DNA of 64,000 nt from a virus (lineage: Duplodnaviria > Heunggongvirae > Uroviricota > Caudoviricetes). The notes under the pieces were generated by a model. That model ran no database searches and had not been told where the DNA came from. It saw nothing but the letters and a program-made list of their open reading frames with translations. A program made the translations under genes and the position numbers. The stretch lies in IMG/VR virus record IMGVR_UViG_3300033075_001761; one strand, given 5' to 3'. How positions within the stretch are numbered: the stretch's first letter is position 1; the number at the start of each line of letters is the position of its first letter. Positions 37,541-46,360 of this stretch are shown here, piece by piece.

Positions 37541-38488
37541 GTGAAAGAAGAAGAACCTTTAGTTAGCATAAAAGTGCTTTATTGCGATGGGCTTCCTTCA
37601 AAGGCTCCTACGTACAATGCTGATGGAAGCCTTGAGAACGATGGAGGCGGAGATTCTATGCTCTGGGCTGGTCTGGTTCACTTCGCAGAGAGCCTATACA
37701 AAGATACGAAATATTATAACAAGGCGCTTGTAGACAGGATTGAAGATGGTATTGCAAGGTCGCAGGATATGAGTGGAAGGATGTGGAGAAATCCAAAGCG
37801 TGTCTTTAATGATAAAGAAGATCCTTTTTCTAGGGATATGGCCATTGGGCTTTGTTTATATGCCATCAATTGCGAAGATCTTAAGGTTTTTTCTAATTGG
37901 GTTAGGTATTGCAAAAAGAATTCTATTTTTCGTATACCAACAATGTTTCCGTCAAAAGAAAGCTCAGACACTAGGCACTTGTTTTCGCCTAATTTAATAC
38001 AGCTTATCAATATGATTAGCGATGTTAGAACTGGCAAAAGAGTTGGATTTTTTGGCTTCTTTGTTTATTGGGCAACGCTTTTGGTATCTGCGTTGTTTGG
38101 AAGCACTGGATACGCAATGCATTTGATTGCTGTGCAGACTATGGCGATCGGCAGGCTTTTAGCTCAAAGAGACCAGAACAAGTTAATTTTTTTGAATAAA
38201 ATTATTAATTTAGTTTTAAAATTAAGACAGCCAAATAACCCGTTTTTTAAGATTTTAGGGTCTAAGACTTTAACTGAAGTTAGGGCGTCTTTTGTTATGT
38301 TGTGTGCATATTGTAAGGAGTTTATTAACAGTAAGTCTGGATATTTTCAGTGGTTTTTAGAAAGAGACACAAAAGGAAAGGCTTGGTTAAATTCGATGGG
38401 ATGGGATTTTTACTTTATGTTTAGTCTGTTTTCTAAAAATGACGGTAGGTATATGATTTCATTGGAAGAAGTTAGTTTAAAGAAATAA
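37541..38488 (+). CDS. hypothetical membrane-associated protein
   Basis: 315-aa ORF with hydrophobic segments (FFGFFVYWATLLVSALFG). Confidence 0.45.
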   Translation: MKEEEPLVSIKVLYCDGLPSKAPTYNADGSLENDGGGDSMLWAGLVHFAESLYKDTKYYNKALVDRIEDGIARSQDMSGRMWRNPKRVFNDKEDPFSRDMAIGLCLYAINCEDLKVFSNWVRYCKKNSIFRIPTMFPSKESSDTRHLFSPNLIQLINMISDVRTGKRVGFFGFFVYWATLLVSALFGSTGYAMHLIAVQTMAIGRLLAQRDQNKLIFLNKIINLVLKLRQPNNPFFKILGSKTLTEVRASFVMLCAYCKEFINSKSGYFQWFLERDTKGKAWLNSMGWDFYFMFSLFSKNDGRYMISLEEVSLKK

Positions 38489-38649
38489 TAGTTATGTTTT
38501 GTCTATAATGTATAAGTTTACACAGTTAGCATAAAAACTCCAGCAATATAGTAGCGTTATAATTTTGTCCTAAAGTATTTCCGAAATTCCTCGATATGTA
38601 TTTCATGGAAGCATGTGGGCTTCTAGGAACTAAACACATAGGAGGTTTT

Positions 38650-39510
38650 ATGAAACTAGTAATCTTGGCTTCGGTTGCGGTGGCAGTAACGGCTTGTGGA
38701 CGCGCAAAGGACTCTTTCGAGCAAGTTCATCCACAGTCTGAAAAGCAAGCTGAGGAGGAGTCTGACGATTTTGACGGTCGTGGGTATAGCGTAGCTACCA
38801 AGGGCAAGCTCGCTCCTTGTAATGACAAGCGAGATGGCTCTTTAGTTCGCGTTCGGGATGAGTCCAAGTTCTATGTTTGTGATGATAGCAATTGGAAAGA
38901 TATCGACCTTAATGGAGCTAAGGGCGATAAGGGCAAAGGAATGGGGGTTGAGATCTCAATAGCCCAGCATTGCGGAGCCGCAAGCGGCCAGCTTATCCGT
39001 GTGTTCAAAGACGCTAATCAGGACGGATTATATAATACAAATGATGGCGATGTTGAGCAGACTACCCAAGAGGTTTGTAATGGAGTAAACGGGTCAAACG
39101 GCACTAACAACAAGATGGCTTTGCATTACCAGTGCTCTATTACTATGGATAATAATCAATTTAACGCAAATGAAGTGATGGTTGTTCAGTACCAGGTTTA
39201 TAAAACAACGGCAGGAGATGTAAGTTCTAGTTATGTAATTGCGCGTCCTAATGTTTCAAACGGGGGTCAGTTCCAGGGCCCTACTGTGTTTTATCCCGCA
39301 GGCCATGCCAAAGCGTCTACGGTTGAAAGCACGTACAGATTGAACCTTACTATTGGTGGCGTAACTGATCCTGGCATCTTTACTTCGACGTTTAATTTTA
39401 CAACAAAACAAGCTACAATGAAGTACAGAGACACCGACCAAAGTTCACTGGCTGGGTCTGATTATACGCAAACATGGACTTCTAGTTGTACTGAAACTGT
39501 GTCTAATTGA
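38650..39510 (+). CDS. secreted lipoprotein
   Basis: SD GGAGGttttATG. MKLVILASVAVAVTACG carries a lipobox. Track ORF 38596. Confidence 0.5.
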   Translation: MKLVILASVAVAVTACGRAKDSFEQVHPQSEKQAEEESDDFDGRGYSVATKGKLAPCNDKRDGSLVRVRDESKFYVCDDSNWKDIDLNGAKGDKGKGMGVEISIAQHCGAASGQLIRVFKDANQDGLYNTNDGDVEQTTQEVCNGVNGSNGTNNKMALHYQCSITMDNNQFNANEVMVVQYQVYKTTAGDVSSSYVIARPNVSNGGQFQGPTVFYPAGHAKASTVESTYRLNLTIGGVTDPGIFTSTFNFTTKQATMKYRDTDQSSLAGSDYTQTWTSSCTETVSN

Positions 39511-39516
39511 TTAGAC
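39501..39516. repeat. 16-bp palindromic motif copy, GTCTAATTGATTAGAC (perfect, opposite orientation)
   Basis: Overlaps the lipoprotein stop codon at 39508-39510. Confidence 0.7.
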
Positions 39517-39544
39517 TTTTAGTTCGGATTTAAAATATAGATTG

Positions 39545-39573
39545 GCCGCCAAATGTGGCGGCTTTGTTTTTTT
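39545..39573 (+). terminator. rho-independent terminator
   Basis: GCCGCCA-AATG-TGGCGGC (7-bp GC-rich stem) followed by TTTGTTTTTTT, 35 nt after the lipoprotein stop. Confidence 0.6.
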
Positions 39574-39652
39574 ATAAATTGCAAAGCCTTAACTTTTATG
39601 CTATATATATTGAGTTAATTTTCATATTCACGTTGGTTAGAAAGAAATACAA

Positions 39653-39907
39653 ATGAAGCGAATCTGTTATGAAAAAAGCAAACACATGACGCCTCCCGCT
39701 GTTTTTCTCCTGTTCAGGACAGGGCATGTTGATAGCGTTAATAGTCTTTGCGAGTCATTTAATATTTCGAGGTCTACTTATTACGGGTCTCCGTATTATC
39801 TTGAATTTGAGATGGCTCGAATTTTAGGATCTGCCGAGAGTAAGAAAAGAAAAATAGATGAAGACGCCATGGAGTCTGTGGCAAAACTTAGGGAGAGAGT
39901 TGTTTGA
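39653..39907 (+). CDS. hypothetical protein
   Basis: 84-aa ORF. Confidence 0.35.
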   Translation: MKRICYEKSKHMTPPAVFLLFRTGHVDSVNSLCESFNISRSTYYGSPYYLEFEMARILGSAESKKRKIDEDAMESVAKLRERVV

Positions 39908-40203
39908 GTCAAAGTGATAACGGCCATAATAGACCCGTGTTTATTGGTGACATATTTTTTAAAACAAAGAATATGGCCGCAAGATTTTTAAGGGTGTCTG
40001 TTCCTACACTTAATTTAATTTTAGAAGACAAGCACAATTATTTTTCAGGATCTAAGCTCGGGATTCATTATGCTACAATGAATAAAGAGGGAGTGTTTGT
40101 TAGGCCGAACGGAATTGGCCTACCTCCCAAGCCTCAAGGAGCGGAGGAAAGTTCGGATGGACTACAGAAAGAGACGGGAAGAATTGATAGCGTTGATTCC
40201 TAG
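39904..40203 (+). CDS. hypothetical protein (NUMOD-like HTH segment)
   Basis: 99-aa ORF. AARFLRVSVPTLNLIL is HTH-like. Confidence 0.35.
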   Translation: MSQSDNGHNRPVFIGDIFFKTKNMAARFLRVSVPTLNLILEDKHNYFSGSKLGIHYATMNKEGVFVRPNGIGLPPKPQGAEESSDGLQKETGRIDSVDS

Positions 40204-40444
40204 CCTAAAAAAGAAGCAAGACATAGCAAAGGCCCAGAAACAGCTTAGAGATGCGGAAGAGCATGTAGCCAATGAACTGATCAGGGAGATTTTGTTGGAC
40301 CCCGATTGGAGTAGGGCAAGGCTGTCTCAAGAGCTGTCCATAACCACAACAAGAATTCAGAATTGGATGAGACCAGAGAGAAAAGTTCCGCATAAGTATT
40401 TTCATGCTTTACTAAAGATTCATGAGATCATAGGCAGCATGTGA
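40157..40444 (+). CDS. HTH DNA-binding protein
   Basis: ATG at 40157 with a GGAGG SD. WSRARLSQELSITTTRIQNWMR is an HTH. Track 40097. Confidence 0.4.
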   Translation: MDYRKRREELIALIPSLKKKQDIAKAQKQLRDAEEHVANELIREILLDPDWSRARLSQELSITTTRIQNWMRPERKVPHKYFHALLKIHEIIGSM

Positions 40445-40468
40445 GCAGTAATTGAGAATCATAAGCGA

Positions 40469-40789
40469 TTGGAGAGCATAGGAATGGATTTTTTGGCCTT
40501 AAGCCATAAGCTATCAAGACTTTTGGACTCTATACCCATAGAGCTCCATAGGGCCTTTGTTACCAATGGCGATGATAGGTCAAGAGAGTACAGGAGGGTC
40601 TGTGACCAATACACAAAGAGCATGTGCAGTCGCAGTGAGCTTTCTGACCAAGTTCTAGCTATGAAAGAGTTTATAGCATTCCTAGAGGACCAGAAAGAGA
40701 TTATGGAGGCTAAAAATAAGCCTAGGGAGTTTTTTAAAAACATCCGAACGACAAAAATAGAAGCCGTTGATATTCCTGATTTTAAATAG
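40469..40789 (+). CDS. hypothetical protein
   Basis: 106-aa ORF. A minus-strand ORF at 40459..40845 overlaps it and is judged spurious. Confidence 0.4.
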   Translation: MESIGMDFLALSHKLSRLLDSIPIELHRAFVTNGDDRSREYRRVCDQYTKSMCSRSELSDQVLAMKEFIAFLEDQKEIMEAKNKPREFFKNIRTTKIEAVDIPDFK

Positions 40790-40930
40790 ATAGATTGTGC
40801 CAACTGTGCAGCGGCATTCAAATGAAAAAATCCCAATAAAAACAACTATTGACTAAAGTTATAGCACTAATGTACCGAGTATAATTATGTGGACTTTTCA
40901 AATCGCACTATTGGAATAAGGAATGTTTAA

Positions 40931-41398
40931 ATGAGCATTAAAAATTATTTAAGCGAGCTGTATGAGTCTGATCAGGATGAATGGAGAATAAGGTTAATAA
41001 GTTTGATTAATGAAGGTCGTATTTCTGAGATAGATTTTATTAATCTGAAAGTTTTTTTAATTGAGATGGGAAGCTCAGATTATGCAGAAATAGAAAGCCG
41101 TATGAGTTTGCTCATGATGCACTTGTTAAAGGCAATTTATCAGCCAAAAAGAATGGGAAAAAGTTGGATTCTTACTATAATTGAACAAAGGAGAAAGTTA
41201 AAAACAAAGATTTTAAAAAGCAAGAATTTTGAAAATCACCTAAGAAGCACGTTTAAAAATCTTTATTTAGAAGCAAGGCAAGACGTTTCATTAGAGACGA
41301 GAATGCCTATAGAAGAGTTTTCCAAAGAGCCTCCATTTACGTTTGATGAAGTAATAGACTCTGGTTACATACCAAATGCAGAGCTATACAATGATTAA
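40931..41398 (+). CDS. DUF29-family protein
   Basis: LYESDQDEWRIRLISLINEGRISEIDFINL...MMHLLKAIYQPKRMGKSWILTIIEQRRKL matches the DUF29 family consensus (LYE.DFY.W...L..G....D..NL...HLLK..YQP...SW..TI.EQR). Confidence 0.5.
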   Translation: MSIKNYLSELYESDQDEWRIRLISLINEGRISEIDFINLKVFLIEMGSSDYAEIESRMSLLMMHLLKAIYQPKRMGKSWILTIIEQRRKLKTKILKSKNFENHLRSTFKNLYLEARQDVSLETRMPIEEFSKEPPFTFDEVIDSGYIPNAELYND

Positions 41399-41804
41399 AA
41401 ATAATGCACATAAAGATGCATATATAGAAAATCAAATAAAAAGATCAAAAGAAATAAAAAGATTTATATGGGAAGAAATAGACCCATTGGATGATTTGTT
41501 TGAGATGACAACAATAAATTCTAAAAGAAGCGGGGTTAGTCATTACATTTGGGCCGGAATAAGAAATAAACAACATGCAGATAGGATTAAAATAACAAAT
41601 CATCCTTCTAAGCTAGATTGGAATGATTCGTTTGTGGTGAGTGTAGAGGATAATCCTAAAATTGTGGCTGGAATTTGCGAGCTAAGCACAAAGGAATTAA
41701 AAAATGTATTTGAGTTCGTAAAACTGAATAAAGACTTGATTATCAAATATTCTAATCACGAAATGGATACAGAGCATTTTTTGAACGCACTTAAAAAGGT
41801 CTGA
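41376..41804 (+). CDS. hypothetical protein
   Basis: 142-aa ORF overlapping the DUF29 gene by 23 nt. Confidence 0.4.
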   Translation: MQSYTMIKNNAHKDAYIENQIKRSKEIKRFIWEEIDPLDDLFEMTTINSKRSGVSHYIWAGIRNKQHADRIKITNHPSKLDWNDSFVVSVEDNPKIVAGICELSTKELKNVFEFVKLNKDLIIKYSNHEMDTEHFLNALKKV

Positions 41805-41826
41805 TCAAAAGAAGAGCAATCAAAAA

Positions 41827-41842
41827 GTCTAATCAATCAGAC
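41827..41842. repeat. 16-bp palindromic motif copy, GTCTAATCAATCAGAC (1 mismatch)
   Basis: 23 nt after the stop of gene 41376, at the start of the 372-bp noncoding gap. Confidence 0.6.
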
Positions 41843-42176
41843 AAAAGGCACAGAAGAGTTTGATTAAACACGAAAACATGTGTATATTTATAAGCGATAA
41901 GTTAAATCCCTAAAGACTTATTGGCCCCTTGTTCGAGATTCACGAACTCCTCCAATAGTTAGCTTTTTGGACAAAGGGCGTTTTGAGCAGGGCATAGACC
42001 CTGAGGACCAAGGAAAATGGCTCAGGGCGGAAGAACTGCAAATGTGAATAACTTTCCAAAGAGTTGTTCATATAGCTAAAATTACAGTCAAAAACAAAAC
42101 GTACAAAAAGTTGTATTCTGTCGAGTCGTTTGATAGAAAGTCACGCCGTTGGCTTCGGCAGTAAAGGAAAATAAAT

Positions 42177-42437
42177 ATGTATTCAAATATATTTAAAAAT
42201 AAATTAAAAGAAATATTAGAATTTTATACCAATGAAAATAATTGGGATTATATAGAAAATCCAGAAAGCACAGAATACGATCCAGAACACATACCACTTG
42301 CATATGAGGACAAAGGAGAAAAGGCTAGAGAATTATTTATTCTAATAAATAAAGAAGAACAGAAATTAAAAGACGCAGAAATAAAAATAAAATTAGTTTA
42401 TGAAGCAAGAGATTATTCTGTGAATAAAAACAGTTAA
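42177..42437 (+). CDS. hypothetical protein
   Basis: 86-aa ORF in a very AT-rich block. SD AAAGGAAAATAAATATG. Confidence 0.4.
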   Translation: MYSNIFKNKLKEILEFYTNENNWDYIENPESTEYDPEHIPLAYEDKGEKARELFILINKEEQKLKDAEIKIKLVYEARDYSVNKNS

Positions 42438-42454
42438 TAAGGATAAATAAAAAA

Positions 42455-42652
42455 ATGAAACTATATTTTGGATACATAGGATTCTGGATGATAACATTAT
42501 TCTTGACAGGATTAGTAAATTATATTTCGGGCAAATCCATTAAATTCTCATTCTCATTTATAAACACCTTTTTAATAAGCTTCATGTTGGCTATACCAAG
42601 CTACTGGGCTCATAAATATTTATTGGAACAATTATTTAAATGCCTTCTGTAA
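42455..42652 (+). CDS. small two-TM membrane protein
   Basis: 65 aa with hydrophobic segments. Confidence 0.35.
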   Translation: MKLYFGYIGFWMITLFLTGLVNYISGKSIKFSFSFINTFLISFMLAIPSYWAHKYLLEQLFKCLL

Positions 42653-42894
42653 TAAACAATAAAAAATCAGTAATTCATTATTCATTAAATGAGCCGAATA
42701 AAAAAAAGAAACAAAATATTTGGCCAATCACAGCATGTGGGGTTTGGATAAATAAAACAGAACTAACAATAAATAAAAAAGAATTAAAAAAAGAGCCCGA
42801 AATAAAAGAAATAAAAAAAGAAATAAAAGAAACACATAGAGCAGATATGGTCACATGTTTGTTTTGCCAAAAATTAATTAAAGGAATTAAATAA
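42640..42894 (+). CDS. hypothetical Lys-rich protein
   Basis: 84-aa ORF. Confidence 0.35.
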   Translation: MPSVINNKKSVIHYSLNEPNKKKKQNIWPITACGVWINKTELTINKKELKKEPEIKEIKKEIKETHRADMVTCLFCQKLIKGIK

Positions 42895-42895
42895 A

Positions 42896-43549
42896 ATGAA
42901 AGACAGATTAGAAGATAAAATAAGCATTGAACAAGCCCTAAAGATACAGGAAGAGATTAACAATGATTTTATAAAGCTTGAAAGTGTTAGATACCAGATG
43001 AACAGACTTCAAGAGCAGTTGGAGAAGAGGGCTGAAGAGCTTGGAGGTCTGGAGAAAAAATTAATAAATAAAGAAATAATATTAAAAAACAAAGAAAAAG
43101 AGCTTCTTAAAAAAGAGGTGATTTTTTCAGAGATTAATGAAGAAGATTTGGATATAGAGCGGTTTAGAAAAAACTTGGACAAGCATCAGCAAGGGCCTTT
43201 AAAGTCAGAAACGGAAGATATAAGGAAGGCGTACGAAGGGCCAGAAGAAGAGCAGAGCCCTGGAGAAGAGTTTTTGGCTAAATATAGACTGGACAAAAAC
43301 AAAAGAAGTGATCAAAAATCAGCGTGCGAAAAATCAGACAGGCTAGGCGGTTTTTGTACTTCTAGGAGTTTGAGCCCTTCATATGGTCAATTACCCAGCG
43401 TTGTTTATAAGCCAAGGGTTTTTGTAGATGGAAATATGTGGTGTGCATTGTGGGGAGAGAATTTGATGGAAGGAGTGGCTGGGTTTGGTAAGAGTCCAGC
43501 GGAAGCTGTGAATGATTTTGATAGGAATTGGTTTAAGGCAATCTTATGA
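42896..43549 (+). CDS. hypothetical coiled-coil protein
   Basis: 217-aa ORF. Confidence 0.4.
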   Translation: MKDRLEDKISIEQALKIQEEINNDFIKLESVRYQMNRLQEQLEKRAEELGGLEKKLINKEIILKNKEKELLKKEVIFSEINEEDLDIERFRKNLDKHQQGPLKSETEDIRKAYEGPEEEQSPGEEFLAKYRLDKNKRSDQKSACEKSDRLGGFCTSRSLSPSYGQLPSVVYKPRVFVDGNMWCALWGENLMEGVAGFGKSPAEAVNDFDRNWFKAIL

Positions 43550-43893
43550 CTTTATTTAATATAGAAAAAGAGATTTTGGAGCTTGTAAAAGGCAAGGATG
43601 ATATTGAGTTTGTGACTATAGGAAAAGGGAGTGTCTGGGGAGACTCTCTTGAGAAGTCTGTTAAGAAGGAATTTTCCAAGAGAGCAAACAAGGCAATGAC
43701 GTGGGCCACCTTCTTAATGTTTTTGAATAGAGTTGGGTGCCGAGAGGTTGAGAATGGGTACGGAGAGATTTGTTTGCCACCAATTGTAGTTTGGACTTCA
43801 GAAAAAGTTATTTATTTGGATGAGCACGACGGAGCCGTAAGTTTCCGTTGGGTTCCCAGAAATCCTGGGCCTGAAATTCATGAGAATTGGTGA
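43546..43893 (+). CDS. hypothetical protein
   Basis: 115-aa ORF. Confidence 0.4.
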   Translation: MTLFNIEKEILELVKGKDDIEFVTIGKGSVWGDSLEKSVKKEFSKRANKAMTWATFLMFLNRVGCREVENGYGEICLPPIVVWTSEKVIYLDEHDGAVSFRWVPRNPGPEIHENW

Positions 43894-44156
43894 ATGGCAT
43901 GAAGTATTTAAAACAAAAAGTAAGTTTGGCGAGAGGATTCCCAGATCCAAATTTAGAGCTTGAGACTGTTTTGAAGTATGGCCAGCCGACGATCCAGGAT
44001 TTTTTGGAAGCGGCGTCTATAGTTCGGGCATATCATGAAATTGTCTTGAACATTACCCAGGCCGATAGAAACGAGACGTGCAAAGAGCTTAAAGCCAGAT
44101 ACAAAGACAGGAAGAAGCTTTTGGCTGGCCTTAAGAGCATAAAAGGGGCTTTGTAG
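43887..44156 (+). CDS. hypothetical protein
   Basis: 89-aa ORF. Confidence 0.4.
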   Translation: MVNGMKYLKQKVSLARGFPDPNLELETVLKYGQPTIQDFLEAASIVRAYHEIVLNITQADRNETCKELKARYKDRKKLLAGLKSIKGAL

Positions 44157-44477
44157 AGACTTTAAAAGAACCCTGTAGGTTATTTCCTTTTTATTTTGGT
44201 CGGTTTTAAACAAATTCAAAAAACACTTGAGTCAATCTTGTTTGTTTGTGTATACGAAATTCACATAAGAACAAAGGCTTTTTAGATATGAGCTTGCTTG
44301 AAAAAGAACGAATTGGAGAGCCGAAAAGTTTGCTTATAGAAGCCGGGATGGTTTTGTCCAAAATTAGAATGCTTGGGTACAAGCAAGATCTTGAGGTTCT
44401 CAGTGGATTTTTTTGAAAACAAGGTTATTTTGGAAATCTTTAAAAAAAATATGAGCAAATGCGTAAGGAGTGTGGTC

Positions 44478-44909
44478 ATGAATGAAACCAGTGATTTAAA
44501 GAATCCTTTAAAAGAAGGATCTTTTTATGAAACAAGAGGTGGGTTCAAAGCCAAATGTGTTCATATATTTGAGAATGGAGAGGCTTTGATGGTTGATTTT
44601 CCTTCTTTAAATACGCTTGTTATTGGAGCGACAAATTTCTGGAAAGTTCGTACGCATGGAAGAATGAGAGATGATATTTTTAATAATTCATACGACATTG
44701 TTTCTGAGTGGCACGAAATGGTGATGGTAGCTCCCGCGCTAGTAGCGTGTGTAAGCGCACAAGGATCAGTTAAAGGATCAATTCCGTATCAAACAGAGTA
44801 TTTCTACTCTTCAAAAGAAGAGGCTGAAGATGCATGCGCGAAGAACGGGAACAAATTGATCAATTGGCCAGCATATGAGTCAAATTGGCCAAAAATAAGA
44901 AAAGAATAG
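44478..44909 (+). CDS. hypothetical protein
   Basis: ATG at 44478 with SD AAGGAGtgtggtcATG. Track ORF 44373. Confidence 0.4.
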   Translation: MNETSDLKNPLKEGSFYETRGGFKAKCVHIFENGEALMVDFPSLNTLVIGATNFWKVRTHGRMRDDIFNNSYDIVSEWHEMVMVAPALVACVSAQGSVKGSIPYQTEYFYSSKEEAEDACAKNGNKLINWPAYESNWPKIRKE

Positions 44910-45211
44910 TGCGGTTAAAAATGATCAAATCAATAAATGACAATGATGCAATGTATCTTGTTATACCTGGATACGTTGTTTCAAAGTTTGACAAGCAAAA
45001 GCATAGAGTTGGAATTGGACAATTGGTTAAATTGTATGGAATTAAAAGAGGGGAATATGTCACATCGATGATAGGCATCAATAAAAAAATGCCTATATTA
45101 TCTCCTAGAAAAGACGGTAGTTATCGTTGTAAGCGTTGCGGATGTCCAAATCCAACTAACATGAATCATAGATGTGACGATGACAGAGGAGTGTTTGGCT
45201 ATGAATACTGA
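44885..45211 (+). CDS. hypothetical protein with a C-terminal Cys cluster
   Basis: 108-aa ORF with CKRCGCPNPTNMNHRC. Confidence 0.4.
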   Translation: MAKNKKRIVRLKMIKSINDNDAMYLVIPGYVVSKFDKQKHRVGIGQLVKLYGIKRGEYVTSMIGINKKMPILSPRKDGSYRCKRCGCPNPTNMNHRCDDDRGVFGYEY

Positions 45212-45268
45212 ACCAAAGAATTGTATTGGACTTTTGTAGAAGAATTATTTTTAAACAAAGAGGGATTT

Positions 45269-45610
45269 ATGGATCTTGATCAACTTACACTCGGGCAGCT
45301 TAAGCAAATTTCGTCTTTAAACATTGGAAGATCAAAAGCAGATCATCCATTTAAAATAGGAAGATCATACATGATACGAACTGTCACGATGAGCAACGTT
45401 GGCGAAGTTGTGGCCGTCGTGGGTGATTTCCTCGTTCTTAAGAATTGTGCTTGGATTGCCGATTCTGGGCGCTTTTGTGACTTCTTGAAAGATGGAGCTG
45501 TTAGCATTGCGTGCGAAATTGAGCCAATGCTTGGGGAGGTTTTCGTAAACATGAAATCGATTATAGACGTGAGCGAATGGATACACGGCCCTCTTTTGGA
45601 TCAAAAATGA
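45269..45610 (+). CDS. hypothetical protein (N-terminus MDLDQLTLGQLKQ..., duplicated downstream of the microsatellite)
   Basis: ATG at 45269 with an AGAGGGA SD. Track ORF 45221. Confidence 0.4.
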   Translation: MDLDQLTLGQLKQISSLNIGRSKADHPFKIGRSYMIRTVTMSNVGEVVAVVGDFLVLKNCAWIADSGRFCDFLKDGAVSIACEIEPMLGEVFVNMKSIIDVSEWIHGPLLDQK

Positions 45611-45629
45611 TATTAATAAACAACATTAA

Positions 45630-45800
45630 TAGCAAGAGCGGGAGCAAGAGCAGGAGCTGGAGCAGGAGCAGGAGCAGGAGCAGGAGCTGGAGCTGGAGCT
45701 GGAGCTGGAGCGGGAGCAAGAGCGGGAGCAAGAGCAGGAGCTGGAGCAGGAGCAGGAGCAGGAGCTGGAGCAGGAGCTGGATCGGAAGCAGGAGCAGGAG
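45630..45800. repeat. hexanucleotide microsatellite (GCAGGA/GCTGGA/GCGGGA)n, about 28 units
   Basis: Read directly. All six frames are open across it (SR/SW, GA, QE/LE on the + strand and PA on the - strand). Only the SR/SW + frame (45577) and the PA - frame have in-frame start codons. Confidence 0.7.
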
Positions 45801-45900
45801 GACATTGATCAACTGACACTAGGGCAAGTTAAGCTTTGGCAATGACAGTGGAGATTTTTATTAACATGCTTCCTAAAGATCTCTCCGAAGAAGAATTCCG

Positions 45901-46110
45901 TTGATCGCTAACGTCGAAGAACTCTCAGCGTTCATCTCTAAACTCGTAAGACACTACACACTCTGTGAGTCCTATACTTCGCGACTACGCGTAGAGCTCT
46001 TGCGTGAACTCTCATTTGATGGTCAACTCTCAACGCTGCAAGTCGAAATGCTTGTGCGCAAACAACGTCGCATCGCGCAAAGCGTGAAGTGGATAACGCC
46101 TCACGCTTAA
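45901..46110 (+). CDS. hypothetical protein inside a GC/CpG-rich island
   Basis: 69-aa ORF. Its codon usage (CGC, GCG, CTC) is unlike the rest of the window. Confidence 0.3.
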   Translation: MIANVEELSAFISKLVRHYTLCESYTSRLRVELLRELSFDGQLSTLQVEMLVRKQRRIAQSVKWITPHA

Positions 46111-46159
46111 ACACTTATAGTAGATAGGATTTAAATATGATCACTCTATTCTGCATCGC

Positions 46160-46360
46160 TTGCACAACTCCCGAGGCGTTCAAGATCCTAGACGCGCAAA
46201 CGTAGAAGCTGCAAAATCTATTTTAGATGGGTTAAATACTTCGTTTCCTTGTAGAGAAAATGCAATGGCAATTACCAAGTTGGATGAGTGTTTGATGTGG
46301 CTTGAAAAAAGAACAAAAGACAGAGAGCAAAGGCAGGTTGAAGGAACTTCAAACGCATGA
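46160..46360 (+). CDS. hypothetical protein
   Basis: 66-aa ORF straddling the edge of the GC-rich island. Confidence 0.3.
   Translation: MHNSRGVQDPRRANVEAAKSILDGLNTSFPCRENAMAITKLDECLMWLEKRTKDREQRQVEGTSNA

Noticed and set aside
41920-41960. tRNA-like T-arm (GTTCGAGATTCACGAAC)
   Set aside because: The loop does not fit the T-loop consensus. No acceptor or anticodon arms can be built around it. I scored it only as a hairpin in a possible ncRNA region.
45630-45800. Possible CRISPR array
   Set aside because: The repeats are 6-bp units with no spacers of unique sequence, so this is a microsatellite. I saw no cas genes. The Cas4-like nuclease at 23335 is a recombination-module exonuclease.
45577-45819. 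SR/SW-rich + ORF and PAPAPA-rich - ORF across the hexanucleotide repeat
   Set aside because: Any frame through a perfect hexamer repeat is open, so coding cannot be inferred. I kept the region as a repeat and discussed frame evidence in the findings.
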